DNA of 64,000 bases from Octopus vulgaris (Eukaryota). The stretch lies in contig OX597819.1 of NCBI GenBank assembly GCA_951406725.2, forward strand, positions 4,278,001-4,342,000. Direction: 5' to 3'. How positions within the stretch are numbered: the stretch's first letter is position 1; the number at the start of each line of letters is the position of its first letter. The translations under genes and the position numbers were made by a program. Positions 27,539-41,667 of this stretch are shown one piece after another. The notes beneath the pieces are model-generated. The model saw nothing but the letters and a program-made list of their open reading frames with translations, was not told the DNA's origin and searched no databases.

Positions 27539-28195
27539 AAAGTGGAAAACAAGACAAATAACATAAAGACAAGTAACATAAAGAACGACTCTTCATCAGT
27601 TGTCGGCTGTTTATCTAATCCACATTTCGAGCAATTCACGACAATATATGCAATGAGAAAACCATTGCTTCCGCAAACCAAAATAAAATTTGGGATTTTT
27701 CGGTGGGTCAAAGTTGGTAACAAAGACAGGAGAGTGAAACAAATAGTGAGGGCTGCTATGCTAGACGGGGTAAAGCGGCGAACGCTGAGCAATATTCTTT
27801 GACAGGAGAAAAGATAAAAGAGGAGACAGACAAGAATACGTCTGGTCTGTGCAACAGACCGGAAGAAAAGAAAGATAAACACGTGCGGAAAAAATGGACG
27901 ATGGTCACGTGTGAGCAACGAGAGAGTAAAGGAGGAAGATGAGGAGAGAGAGAGGGGAGGACAGGTAGAAAACGGCGAAGGGGAGAAAAAAGTATTAGAG
28001 AAATGATGAGAGGGAAAAAAAACGAAAGGGAGAGAAGGGGAGAAAATATAATTAGAGAAAGGAAGAGAGAGCAAAGCGAAAGAAGAGAGAGAGAGAGAAC
28101 AGTACAGAGGAGAGTCGCATCAAAATTATTAAGATAAACATATTTGGAAATGGATGCGTGGCGTGCAATCATAAGGTTGAATAATTAAAAGATAT
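27539..28195 (-). mobile_element. Non-coding repeat, probably a PLE terminal region
   Basis: Shares GACAACTGAWGAAG..TTCTTTATGTT with 42840-42900 and 45110-45200, and the GGATGCGTGGCGT end with 43470. Confidence 0.5.
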
Positions 28196-28387
28196 ATATA
28201 TAGGCATATATACATACATATATGTACATGTGTGTATATATATATATATATATATTAATAAAAAGAATTCCAACCTTGTCTGATTTTCACGTTTTATTTA
28301 CAATCTTATAATGATATATTATAAGATAATATATTATAATTGAGTAAAATAAAATGAAATAGTAGAATGTTAAATATTCATTCTGAT

Positions 28388-28433
28388 TGAACTAGTACTT
28401 TCATGCATTGAATTCTGCAATCTTCGGGTTCAT
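28388..28433 (-). ncRNA. Degenerate minimal hammerhead ribozyme, family D
   Basis: TGAAAC-CCGAAGA-TTGCA-GAATTCAA-TGCAT-GAAA-GTAC-TA-GTTCA; U4-to-C change in the core. Confidence 0.55.
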
Positions 28434-28467
28434 GTAGTAGTGTTGACAGTCATGCTTCACAATTTTT

Positions 28468-28523
<56 letters not shown>

Positions 28524-28533
28524 TATATGGGTA

Positions 28534-29012
28534 CATGATGTCTGATCAATAAGTATCTGGACTGTTGCTATAGTAACGAAGTTAAAGCTCTCAGAGTGAA
28601 TCAGCTGGGCAGAGATTGATCGGAACTCTGCTGTACATACGCACTAAGTTTTAACGTTCTAGTTCATTTACGCTGTTTTACAATAGTGCTTGGCAGTAAC
28701 GTGTGTAGCGTGTGATCGTCCCACTGACCATGACAGAAAGTTGTGATGGCGATACCTGCTCAGAGGCCTACGCAAAGTTGCAGTAAGTGTATAGAAAGGA
28801 ATGTATGAGACGCACACAAGTGCAGGAGTGGTTCAGACGTTTCCATGATGGCCGAAAAAATGTCAATATTGACAACAAGCAGAACTGAGAAAAACATCAG
28901 AGATGTGCGTGCAGCTCTGAGGTGAAATCGTTGAATCACCATCTGTGATTTATCAGAGTGTGTACAGATTAGTTACGGTTCAGTCCGGATACTTATTGAT
29001 CAGAGCATTATG
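28534..29012 (+). mobile_element. Internally deleted mariner element with both TIRs
   Basis: TIRs CTGATCAATAAGTATCTGGACTG / CAGTCCGGATACTTATTGATCAG; transposase HTH remnant YGNECMRRTQVQEWFRRFHDGR..ISYGS. Confidence 0.85.
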
Positions 29013-29112
29013 TGTGTGTGTATGCATGTATGCATGTATATATGTATGTATGTATGTATGTATACACACACACACATACATACATACATACATACATACA
29101 TACATACATACA

Positions 29113-29144
<32 letters not shown>

Positions 29145-31013
29145 GATAGATTGATTGAGGTGATATATATATACCTACATGTACGTATATTTTTGTATGT
29201 TCATATACAGTTATGTGTATATGTATGCGGGCATGTATGTGTGTATACATATACAAATATGCTTGGCGTTAAAGCACCTGAAAATTATAGACAAGCGAGA
29301 GAACACGCTTCCAGTACCACTCAGGAGTGGTAGACACTGATATTTCGCCATATTTTTTTCTATTACTCATTAAGATCACGTACCTGAATCGAACCGAAGA
29401 TGAATCGAATTGCCAGTCTATAACTATATACAAATAGTATAAGGACCATTTGCTTGTATCCCACAGCGATGGACACATGAGATTAAATTCAATATCGAAT
29501 TAAAACAGCGCTAGTGTTGTAAACATTATCAACCGCAAATACTCAGCCCAGTCCATCACAACTTAATACTCTACTTCAAAATCCTAATCCGTCAGCCCTC
29601 TCCCCGAACACCATCTCTTGAATCCATTAGTCTACTGTTGCTATCCAGCCTGCATTCAGTTTTGAAATTTCATTCAAAATGGTGGTTTCTGTGCATATAT
29701 AGACTCACTTCTTGCTACTCACCTCTCTTACATGGATATCAGTAAAAATGATTTCCAGTTACACTTAAGAGCCTACTTCCTTCACTAATCAAACTAATTG
29801 TGTTTCTTCTCGTGTTCCTTAAACTTTTTCCAACAACTAAAAGCTCTTCTACCAATCTCTTCCAAAATTAGATTGGTTATCTAATTTCATTCTACTTCAA
29901 AACTGACGACTCTTCTTGATTCTCGCATACCTCCCATACTGACGTAGCTCATACAGAAACTTAAATCTTTCACATACCTCAACTCTTTACATCGACTAAA
30001 CTCCACCTTATATGCATCCTTGACTACAACACAAACACTTGAAGTATCATTCTGTTTTTCTCGCCTTTAAGTCCAACCACTTTCAAATAATTCTCACCTC
30101 TGTAACCATTGCTTACATGATTGATTTCATGTTGGTTAGTTGGACTGCTTCTTTCTTGGATTTGGTCAAGGGTACCTGTGTGTGCCGCCGCAGTAGCATC
30201 GCCCCAGATGTGAGAGTAGCGCTCCCTTGCGCGCCCGACTTGAGCTATAGAGTAGCAATGATTGCTGGGAAGTTAAGTATCTTTTGACTCTGAAGAGAAA
30301 AGCTTGTCGGGATATGGTCCCTAGCTATGTTAAGGATGTGCTTTTCCCGAAGAGATTCTCAATAGTAATCAGCCTTAATATGCGCCTTGGGCGCTCTAAT
30401 CGCGTTGTGCTCTTGATTTAGAGGAAGTGATGCTTTGCTATTTTCTTTATATGAAAACCGCCCGTGTTTCCTCGGTCTCAAAAGGGACATAATTGGCATA
30501 TATCCATTGGAATATGTTTTCCAGTTTTCCATTCATAGAATCGGTGCAGATTTGGTATGTAGCCTCTAGGCTGTGTCTATATGTTACATGGTTCATAATT
30601 AGTAATATTATCATTCGGTAAAGTTCAGATATATATGAAGAGAAAGAAGTGAGTCATCTTTCCGAGTTTTTGAATACATACATATGTTACTTTCGAGGAT
30701 TTTCTGTGTTACTTCCACACTTAAAATTCAGAAAACAAAAAGGCATACGTATTGAGACGTAAACACCATATATCAAGAGTATATAAGGTCTGCAGGTGAA
30801 AATTGAATAGGTGAAAGGTGAATGTGTAGTATTTTTAACGTAGTATTTTTAAGTTTTTTTTTTCTAGTAACCAAAAATCGTTGACTAATCATATTTTCAT
30901 GTTTATTAATGTATTTGCTTGTATATTATAACTCTGCTTCCCTCTTTCTATCTTTAGCTTGGTCAGCAACTTAAATCTTAGACTTACGGTTTAAGAAAAT
31001 TCAGTTTCTAAAC

Positions 31014-31043
<30 letters not shown>

Positions 31044-31044
<1 letters not shown>

Positions 31045-31286
31045 TACATTTAAACTCATAAGAGATGGCCATAATAGGACATCTGACTCACTAGAAAGAG
31101 CAGTTAAACTCCAAACCACTAATAGTTTTAATTCTGAAATGGAAACAGAAATAAAAACGTATACCCTAAAAGTTTTTATTTCTCTTTCCATTTCAGAATT
31201 ACAACAATTAGTGGTTTGGAGTTTAACTGCTCTTTCTAGTGAGTCAGATGTCCTATTATGGCCATCTCTTATGTGTTTAAATGTAT
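31044..31286. repeat. Long fold-back (about 115-bp arms) next to (TA)n
   Basis: 31044-31157 is inverted at 31173-31286 with few mismatches. Confidence 0.85.
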
Positions 31287-31366
31287 CTTATACAGTCTAT
31301 TGACTATTTTTTCTTTCTCACTTGACCACTGGTAGCGGAAAATTTTTTTGCTACCCTAAAATTTAT

Positions 31367-31508
<142 letters not shown>

Positions 31509-31552
31509 ATATGCAATAACTACTCTTTCCTTTCGTCTGTTAATACAGCCTT

Positions 31553-31593
<41 letters not shown>

Positions 31594-31701
31594 ACAGTGC
31601 GGTATGGTAGAGACTGAAAGAGATAAAGAGTATTAACTTCATAATGAACACTTCCAATGTGCTGCAGCATGATGTTAGTTTACATATTAGAAAGAAAGCC
31701 G

Positions 31702-31740
<39 letters not shown>

Positions 31741-31810
31741 ACGCGCGCGTGTGTATGTGTGTATTATATATATATAGACAAATATATACACACATATATA
31801 GATACATACA

Positions 31811-31811
31811 T

Positions 31812-31872
<61 letters not shown>

Positions 31873-31980
31873 GGATGGATGGATGGATGGATGGATAGAA
31901 AGATAGATATATAGATAGATAGACAGACAGATAGATAGACAGACAGACAGACATACAGACAGACAGACAGACAGACAGAC

Positions 31981-32057
<77 letters not shown>

Positions 32058-32060
32058 TAG
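31811..32060. repeat. (GATA)/(GACA)/(GGAT) tetranucleotide microsatellite
   Basis: Read directly. Confidence 0.95.
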
Positions 32061-32213
32061 ATATGTATGTGTGTTTGTTTATTTGAATGTAGCGTGATGT
32101 GCGACAGTGTTGCGAGTCTGAATGTACTTTGAGAGAGAATGTGTGTGGTTGTGTGTATATGTGAGTTTGTGTGTATGTATTTGTGTACGTGTGCGTGTAT
32201 GTATTTGTGGGTA

Positions 32214-32247
<34 letters not shown>

Positions 32248-32944
32248 TGTGTGTGTGCTTGGCTCTGCGCACACACATTGAAATTGTTCATCAGTTTATT
32301 GATTCTTGACAGTACACATTAGTCATAGTTCCCTTGTTATTGATGTCATTATATTTAGCATGTAAAGCTGGATTTCATCAATGATACTCTGCTATTTAAT
32401 AACAGTCGTAGACGGGATGAGATGGCTTCTATTGACATTGTCATGTTCGAAATCGTATTAAGTTATATTCGATCGTCGAGGAGCGAATTCAGTCCGTGTT
32501 TTGTCCTAACTCTTAAAAGTAGCATATGAATCCTGTTCCTCAATGAATCTTGTAATTATTGCTTTTGTTCGTTACTGTTAACCAAAAATCGTTGACTAAT
32601 CATATTTTCATGTTTATTAATATGTTTGCTTATATAATATAACTCTGCTTCCCTCTGAGAACGGCGCGACATCTAGTTACCTTTGATCGAATGATATACG
32701 GTGACATATTACATTAGTAGCCAAAATAATTAAGCGGCAAGCTGTAGCTATTTGTATTTGTCACGGTTTGGACGCAGCCTTTCATTTTATCCCAATATTA
32801 AGATATCAAATGTGAGTTAGTTTTGAATAAGTTTTAAATAGGTACAAGTTGAATGCTTTGACAATCATTTGATTGGACACTTAACTAATTATTCTTTGTC
32901 TTTAATGTATAGACAGACCGTATTGTTACTGAATTCCAGCCAGG

Positions 32945-33382
32945 CCTTTCTACTATAAATACAAGTTCCCCACGTTTTAGGGGAGGAGCTTAGTCGATGA
33001 TAGTGACCCAGGGCTCAAATGGTACTTATTTTTTCGACCCCAAAAAGATGAAATGCAAATTCGACGTCAGCGGAATTTGAACTCAGAACTGAAGACAGAC
33101 GAGTTGCCTTTAATATTTAGACAGACTGTATTGTTACTGACTGCCCACCCAGAAGACGAATTAATAACTTTTCTACTATAAACACAAGGCCTGAAATTTC
33201 AGGGGAAGAGACTAATCGATTAAATCACCCTCAGGGCTCACACTGGTACTAATTTTATCAACTTCGAAATGATGAAAAGCAAACTCGACCTCTGCGGAAT
33301 TTGAACGCAGAACATAAAGGCAGACAAAATACCGCTAGGCATTTCGCCTGGCGTGCTAACGTTTCTGCCAGCTCGCCGCCTT
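32945..33382 (-). mobile_element. Two tandem SINE family M copies
   Basis: GCGGAATTTGAAC and the core repeated; the flank ACAGAC(C/T)GTATTGTTACTGA is also duplicated. Confidence 0.8.
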
Positions 33383-34936
33383 GAAGAAGCCAAATTGATA
33401 TCAAAATGATTAATATTAGTATTGGTGTTCAAAAACATGTTGAACTTGTGTGAAGATTCGTAATTTTCCTATGCTCAATTAAAATACGACCAGGTGTTTG
33501 TTTGAATGGATGACAGCTAGTCTAAGACGTGAGCTATTTCTTTCAGTTAACATACAATAAGCTTCGTTACGTCTTTATGTAGATTCACTCCAAGCAACAC
33601 TTTCGGGATTAGTCAGCGGGAAACGAGTTCCCTACGCCGATGCAAATATTTCAAAAATGATATTAAAGATACAAAACAAGAATATGAAAAATGTGTTTCT
33701 AATAATAAAATGTTAGGAAAGAAGTTGGCCAAGTGTAAAATAAAGTTCGGGACGTATGTAAATATATATTAATAACATCTAATATGTCTTTATTCCTAGT
33801 TTGACTTCAAACAATACTGGCAAAGTAATACTTTTCTATTAACAATGAAACTAAAAAAAATCAAGAAAATTATCTTTTATTTTATATAAAACATATAAAT
33901 CAAGATGAAAAAGAAAAAAAATATGGTGAAAAAAGTTATCCTATTGTAAGATAAATTGTGATATATCTATGAAATAATAAGTGTATTACATGCAGGCGAG
34001 ATAAATGAACAAATCATATTTTTAGAAAATGGTTGCTAGCATGTTCACGTCTTTCTATTATATTGCCTCTACAGCCCTTGCACAACTACTTAATTTGATG
34101 TTCTAATAAAGTTATAATGAACGCACTGCTGGCTTCGCTATAATGGTGACCTTTATTGTATTAACATAGTTAGGAACTGTACAGGTTTCTTCGTGATATT
34201 CAGAAATAGGCTTTAGCCTGCAACACTGTTTGAGATGCAATCCAATAAATGCGCAACATAATCGGTTTGTTACTTCCCTTGTGATATCACATATGATTCA
34301 TTTTATAACCAACCTTTCTTCGCTGTTTCGCAAACGGCTTGAGACAAATTTACAAGGTTTTCTAACGATTAGATTAGATGCATAAAACTCAATCATTATA
34401 TATGCTTGTGGCAGTCATTTCTTCATTGGTTAGTGTAACAATTTTGACCGTTTCCTGATATTCAATCATATTTAATAAGCTCACAAAGCTGTTATGTATC
34501 ACTAATGAAATCTTGAAATGAAGGGATTCCTGGATTCGGAGTCAATACCAACGTGGAGTTCCTTGCTTAGAAAGGGAATAGATTTATACAAGAATTTTCT
34601 GTTTCAGAATGTTACGAGGTCTGTGCTATTGATTCTAAATACGAACAGATCCCAATTCGAATATCTGTGACAATATTGTGGTTTTGTTGTATTATAAAAG
34701 CGAGAAATACGGAAAAAGAACTATTTTATTTAACAAATTCTTTTGATATCCACATATCCTCAAACATTTTGTGTTTGTTGTTGTTGCTGTTGCTGTTGTT
34801 GTTGCTGTTATTGTTGTTGTTGTTGTTGTGGTTGTGGTTGTGGTGGTGGTGGTGGCAGCGGCGGCGGTGGTTGTTATTTACCTTTATCACAGATTTTGTT
34901 GGAGCTCTTAGAGTCTTGCATGCATTCTTATCAGCT

Positions 34937-36165
34937 AACTAATATTTCTTGATTATTCTGGTCGTAATACGGAGACAAATCTCTTGTAACAGTTCTACTC
35001 GGCACTTCATTCCAATTTCCTCTATATTCGTCTTGATGCCTTCTGATACTGTTCCCAAGGACCCAACATTAATTGGTACTACCTTCACCTTTATTTTCCA
35101 TAACTGGGCTATTTCGTACTTAAGAGAGTTGTATTTACCTATTTTTTCGCCTTCCTTCTTGACTATTCGTGGGTCAAAGGGGCATGCAGCGTCGTCCACC
35201 ACCACCTCTGTGACCGGTTGTTATGCTCTAGCACCTGATCTGTTTGGATTGGGATTTTGCTAGTCCCCGACTCCGCTACTCTCTGCGGTTTGTGCTCACA
35301 CCACGTCCTGCGTCTCTTTAGTCCCCACTTTTCGCGCAGTTTTCATTGTAGCACTTTCGCTACCTGGTCGTGTCGCCATAACTTTTAGTGGTTTTGAGCA
35401 AGTCTAGGGTATTCGTTCGTGATATGAGCAATGGTTTCATCCACTCTATTGCAGATGCGGCACAGTGGAGAGTGGGAAAAATTAGCTCATTCCTAAGGTT
35501 GACAATCCAGTTCGTGGCCAAAGCTTGGTCTTGCACTGCCTGTATAGTACTCTCGGTCCCGTTTTTAGGTTCCTTTCATCAGCCAATCCCACCTATTTTT
35601 TCCAGCATCTTCTGTTGTGGCTACATGGAATTGATTGTCTAGTCCCTTCTTGTATAATTCTTCTTCATGTCCTTTTTGCACTTCTTCCTTTGTTTTCCCT
35701 TTTTTCTCTGCTCTCAATACTCCCTTGTTCCTAACTGTCACTAGTAAGGTTTCCTTAATTTGGGCTAGATATATCATTAAGCTCTCGACACTTATCAGTT
35801 CGTTTCTTCCATTTGCTATCTTCGTGTATAGGCGATCAGTGTCTGCACATGGGTGATGGACTCCATGCATCGTTAGGGGCTTTCTTGACTTCCTGTCCAT
35901 CTCCTTTAGCTCCTCCTCTGTCCACTTCAGGATTCCAGCGCCATACCAAACTACTGCGACTGGGCTCGAGTTTATTGCCGAATTTATGTTTTTGGCATTC
36001 AGCTTTCAGTATTTATTTCACTCGCCGCAGGTACTCTCTTTTTGTCTTTTCTTTCATGTCGATGTGTTTGATTCCATCCGCCTCAAATATTCCCAGATAT
36101 TTATAGCTGAAATGAGGTTGAATGGCTGTCATTATTTCACCACTTGACAACCATATAACTTCTGT
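34937..36165 (-). mobile_element. R4/Dong-clade LINE 3' fragment (RT end plus restriction-like endonuclease)
   Basis: YKYLGI, DRKSRKPLTMHG.HHP.ADTDRLY, D.ACPFD..EK..KY..L, VVPINVGSLG. Confidence 0.85.
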
Positions 36166-36240
36166 TCTATATTAAAGAGATGAGGAATTACGTACATTAT
36201 TTAGATTTGACGGATATTTGTCCTCATCTTGTTTGTTGTT

Positions 36241-36286
36241 AACACAACGTTTCGGCTGATATACCCTCCATCCTTCATCAGGTGTC
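36241..36286 (-). ncRNA. Minimal hammerhead ribozyme, family E, in a PLE-like fragment (about 36170-36760)
   Basis: GACAC-CTGATGA-A-GGATG-GAGGGTATAT-CAGCC-GAAAC-GTT-GTGTT; palindromic AACGTT helix III, one helix II mismatch. Confidence 0.65.
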
Positions 36287-36389
36287 TTGGGTAAATTTCG
36301 AACCTGTGTATCTCATTCCTAAGGTATTTTTTCGATGTTATTGTTGTTGATATTATTATTATTATTATCATCATTATTATTATTATTAT

Positions 36390-36454
<65 letters not shown>

Positions 36455-36779
36455 TTCAGGTCACTGCCTGTAATCGAACTCGGAATCTTGGGGTTAGTAA
36501 CACGCACTCTTAAACACTACGTCATATGCCCGCGGGCAATTATGGAGTGAATTATTTAGGGCTTATTAATCTAATATTCTCCTACCCTTCCTTAATATCG
36601 GTTCATATGCTGTTCATATTTGTACTCGGTCTGCATATGTGCTGCTTCTTTTAGTTTTCGTTTTTTTTTTCCATTGATGTTCTCTGTCTATTATTTTAAC
36701 TTCATCTCACAGTGGGGGGGGGGGTGAAGTTTTGCACATAGTATTGTTCTAGAGGATGTATAAGAAAACATAAGAAAAT

Positions 36780-39096
36780 GATGAGTTTGTTTTAAAATTT
36801 GAGATTACAGAGACAGTATTTTATGTAGGACATGGATGGTTCCCATAAGCACTATCTTTTGAATTTCTGCCATTTTGGGGTTTTCTGGTATCTGAGCTAG
36901 GTAGCAATCAGCCCCTTTTGGTATCATTCCTATGACAACAGGTTTTAGTCTTGAAGTTCCACATCTTGCCAATTTCTATTTCAAGATCTTTATACTTGCT
37001 GAGTTTTTGGTAGGTCTTGACAGATACATGTATATCGATTGGGACAGTCATATCAATGAGGAGGCATGTTTTTTGTCTGAAGTCTTTCAATATAATGTCT
37101 GGCCTATTCGCATCTATCTTTCTGTCAGTTTGAATGGTGAATTTCCATAGGAGTGAGATGTGATCATTTTCGAGCACTGGAGGCGGTTTGTATTCCGACC
37201 AGTTTTTATCATGGGACAGGTTCAGGTTTTTGCAAATTACCCAGTGAATGTATTGTGTTGCTCTATCATGCCTGTTGAGATACTCTGTTGGTGCAAGAAG
37301 ACTGCACATGGAGACAACATGATCAATGGTTTCATTTTGTTGGCATACACGACATGTTGGGCTACACGACATGTTGGCCTAGTAGTTTCTTGTCGGTAGG
37401 CATTGATCTTGGGCTGCTCCACTAACCATTAAGGGATAAAAGCTTTGTTAATATCGGTACTATTAGCTCTCTTTGGGTATTTGCCGTTGAGAGATTTTTC
37501 TTGCCATTTATCAGTAAGAATATCTAAGACAGCAGTTTTAGAGCGGGTTTTCATACGCTTAGCCTTTTCTGTGCTTGTTTCTAGTACGTCTAATTCTGGA
37601 ATTTGTTGTATTTGGAATTCACTTAGATATTCCTTTGCCTGTTTTGTTACTGAGTATGATGCTTTCTTGTTTTCATTCTTTGAGACAAGTTTTAACATCC
37701 AATCCTCAAGGCCAATTGTAGCAATCTTCATTGTTATTGCCAGTTGTAAAAGTCCACGGCCTCCCTCTTTTCTTGGCAGAGAAAGTCGTTCTATATCTGC
37801 CTTAAGGTGGTGCATTCTATGCATTGTCAACAGTTTTCGTATTTTACTGTCAAGATTACATATTTCAGTAATTGACCAGTTAACGATATTGAAACTGGTA
37901 TGGCTAAAGCATTGATCGCTTCGATCCTGTTTCTCGCATTCAGCTCTGTCTTGAGTATTGCTATTACTCTGCGATAACATTCTCTCCTGATCCTTTCCTT
38001 CAGCACTGAATGCCTTATTCCGTCCCCTTCAATTACCCCTAGGTACTTGTAGCTCTCCGCTGGGTGTAACTCTTTTATGACGTTCTGCTGGTCGAGGTAA
38101 ACGTTAGATGTTTCTGTCATTTTTCCTTTGATAAAGGTAGCTTTTGCACATTTATCGAGGCCAAATTGCATCCTGATGTCATCACTGAAATGTTTAACAA
38201 TCGTTAGTAAGTCCTTGAGTTGTTGGTCATTTTTTGCATAGAGCTTTAAATCATCCATGTAAATGAGATGATTTATATTTTTATCCAACATTTTATATCC
38301 GTACTGTGCGTCATTGAGCAATTTTGAGAGAGGTATTAAGGCTAAACAAAAGAGGAGTGGTGATAGTGAGTCGCCCTGGAAAAGGTCACATGAAATTTTT
38401 ATATCACCAGCATTTAGAGATTCATCGTCACTGTTCAAAGTTAGTGTGGTTCTCCATGATCTCATACTTACAGACAAAAAGTTTCACAGAGTAGGTGCTA
38501 TTTTATACATTTCCAGGCATTTCTTAATCCAGCTATGTGGTAGACTATCAAAAGCCTTTTTATAGTCTATCCAGGCTATTGATAAGTTTTTGTGTCGTTT
38601 GCGACAATCTTCTAAGATTGTTTAATCATATCAAAGATAATAATACAACCATAGGATCCACGTTGACATATTTTCTGTTCATTAGGGAATATGCTGCTGT
38701 CTATTAAAAAACTATAGGCATATTCCATCAGGACAGATGTTAGCGTTTTATATATTGTTGTTAAGCAGGTCTATAGTTTTTTGGTTCATTTGTTTCTTCA
38801 CTTTTTGAGAGCAGGAATGTTAAACCATTAACTAGTCAAGCAGGCATCCTTCTAGGGTGTTACAAAACATCATTGTAAAGTTCTGTTAGCAGTTCATGGC
38901 TCTCTGGGAAGGCATTTAACCAGAAGTTAGGAATTTTGTCCTTTCCTGGAGACTTCCATTTGCTTGATCTCCTGGGAGCAGATCTTACATCTTCTAACTT
39001 GACACCCTCCCACTGCTCCTCTAAGGAGTACAAGTCCGTAGCTATTATATCAATCCAAGGGGCTTCTTCGTTGTGTGTTTTTTCTTCTACCCAAAT
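36780..39096 (-). mobile_element. 5'-truncated R4/Dong LINE abutting (TAA)n
   Basis: FQGDSLSPLLF, HLIYMDDLKLY, FGLDKC, YKYLG, CRVC..ETIDHVVSMC, RHD, NRPDI and K.SKYKDL; TAA tract at 39097-39187. Confidence 0.92.
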
Positions 39097-39109
39097 TTTA
39101 TTATTATTA

Positions 39110-39165
<56 letters not shown>

Positions 39166-39195
39166 ACTATTATTATTATTATTATTATGTATTTT

Positions 39196-39560
39196 GGTGA
39201 GCTGGCAGAATAGTTTGTACGTTAGACAAACTGTTTAACATCATTTGGGATTCGACGAAAGAAATACCAGTCAAGTATTATGGTTGATGGTATTGACTGA
39301 CTTTCTCCCTCAAAACCGCTGGCCTTGAGGCAAAAATTGAAACTATTATTATTTGCAATATTAAGGTTGCGAGCTGGCAGAATCGTTAGCACGCCAAACA
39401 AAATACTCAACGGCCTTTCGTCCGTGTTAACATTCCGGCGAGGTCGACTTTGCCTTTCATCTTTTCGGGGTCGATAAAATAAGTACCAGTCATGTACCGG
39501 TCATGATGTAATCGTCTTTCGTCTCCCTTCAAAAACTGGTGGCTGTGCCAAAATTAGAAC
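39196..39560 (+). mobile_element. Two SINE family M copies with internal deletions
   Basis: GAGCTGGCAGAAT heads and core. Confidence 0.75.
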
Positions 39561-40769
39561 TCATCATTATTGTCGTTAGTACTGTTGTGACTACTACTAC
39601 TATAATTGTCATTACCTCTGTCTACTTCTTTTGGTATTGGAATACTTAAAGTTTAAGTTGGGTCCTTATATACCAAGAGGCCGTGAAATATGTTATGGTT
39701 CATGTAACTTTGGCAATCAGTATGAGTAGATCCTATCTAACCAACAGGGAGCGAATCTCATTCACCAGCCCCTTAATTTTGGTTTTCTACATCAAAGTTA
39801 AGCAATAATTAGTTTAGACTTTAACTGACAACTTATAATTTGCATTTGTTTGTATTTTTATTTTTATCGAGATTAATGTTTAATCATATCAAAGATTTTT
39901 ATATATATATATATATATAGCAAACTTTATTAAATCTAATTTTTAATAACATTATTAATCTGTTTAATACCTACTTAGGAACATGCTCCAATATATCTCT
40001 TGGTGTCCAGTGGCAGAAGTGGTTGATTACTCCAAACCTTTATTTGATATCGTATACGCTTACAAAAAAAAAAGAAAGAAAGAAAGAAAAGTAAAACGTA
40101 AAAGCTCTGAGAAAATGACTTGTCACTGAAAGTATTTCCCATTCAAGTACAGCTGGGAATAATAAGTTCCCAGTTCGACAATTGGGATTTAGTGATGGTG
40201 TCACAGTCTGATATAGCAAAACCCGGAAAAGATGGATTTAAATTAAATAACATCCTGCATTGGATAGTGGCAGAATGGAGGAGGAATTGGTTTGAATTCT
40301 TTTGAGAACTAAGAACTCAATGTGAGAATGATTCGGACTTGCGCATGCGTTTACGTACTTGCCAATAAGTAACATGGTCTTCGAAATCGATTTTCTTCTC
40401 TATATTTGAGAAAAATCAGGTTTGTCACGACTGAAATCGAATGATCACAAGGATAAATCAACTAATAATGCAACAGTTTCAATGCAGATGTCATCTACAT
40501 CTTGAGCCATAACAACCATACGAAAAAACAAAAACAAAACGGCCCTCTCCTGACCATATACTTGCCCTCATTACAACACAACACGCAACAATTAATAAAC
40601 AAAAAAGCATTTTCAAAAACTTCAAAAGAGCTCACTCGAATTTCTTTCAATATTAGAATCAATATTCGTAAAACTAAAATAGAAAGAAATTACATTCTCC
40701 ACCGCAAATACTACAAGATATGAATTCGGCAAAATAATTGTAGACGTTTCTAAAAAAATAATCAGTATG

Positions 40770-40962
40770 TGTCAGGTGTCCCGAATGAACCAACTTCAAG
40801 ACAGGAGGTGCAGATGAGGGCAGCTGCATCGAACTCTCTCATGCACCAAATGGCAGTTGCTAAAAAGCATTCGTGAAGTAAAATCATGTAGCAACACCAG
40901 ATGGCGGTGCCCCAGCATGGCCGCAGCTCGTGAGCTGAAACTCGATAAAATAAAAAAAAAAT
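40770..40962 (+). mobile_element. CR1-like LINE 3' end
   Basis: Matches 24660-24835. Confidence 0.9.
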
Positions 40963-41443
40963 AATGTCAACATAAAAACAATGTCATTTACACAAGTGAA
41001 ACAGATAATTTGATAAGGACTGGAGACAGCCGTCAACACATCTACATAAAACAACAGAAATGTATTTAACATCAGCCAAAGACGAAATTAACAAAGAAAC
41101 AAGAAAAGTGATAAACATTTGTATTTGATATATACCACCCGACAAACACTAAAGTACTAAAATAAAGAAATTAACAAAGTCAGCAATTCTAACGACAGCT
41201 ACATCGCACCACATGTCACAGAAACAACTTGAAGTGAGAGACCCAAATCTCAACAACAAGAGAATTCTCTTATCTAACATCTTTTCAAAATTGGGCACAA
41301 CGATGAAAGAAACAAAATGCAGTAGACATATTTTCCATCTAGATCGTAATCTCCATCTTTGTTATCCATCGGACACCAAGCAAGCAATAAGAGAATTAAA
41401 AAATTCCAAAACGTTAAAACCTGTTTATATTTCAAGTATATAC

Positions 41444-41667
41444 CTATTTCTATTTCTTTACTACTCACAAGGGGCTAAACACAGAGGGGACAAACAAGGA
41501 CAGACATAGGTATTAAGTCGATTACATCGACCCCAGTGCGTAACTGGTACTTTATTTATCGACCCCGAAAGTCGACCGCAGCGGAATTTGAACTCAGAAC
41601 GTAACGGCAGGCGAAATACCGCAAGGCATTTCGCCCGGCGTGCCAACGTTTCTACCAGCTCGCCGCT
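41444..41667 (-). mobile_element. SINE family M
   Basis: Reverse complement of the 23286-type consensus. Confidence 0.88.

Noticed and set aside
30130-30490. GC-richer segment containing CTGAAGA
   Set aside because: No fold or ORF I could assign; probably an unidentified repeat fragment.
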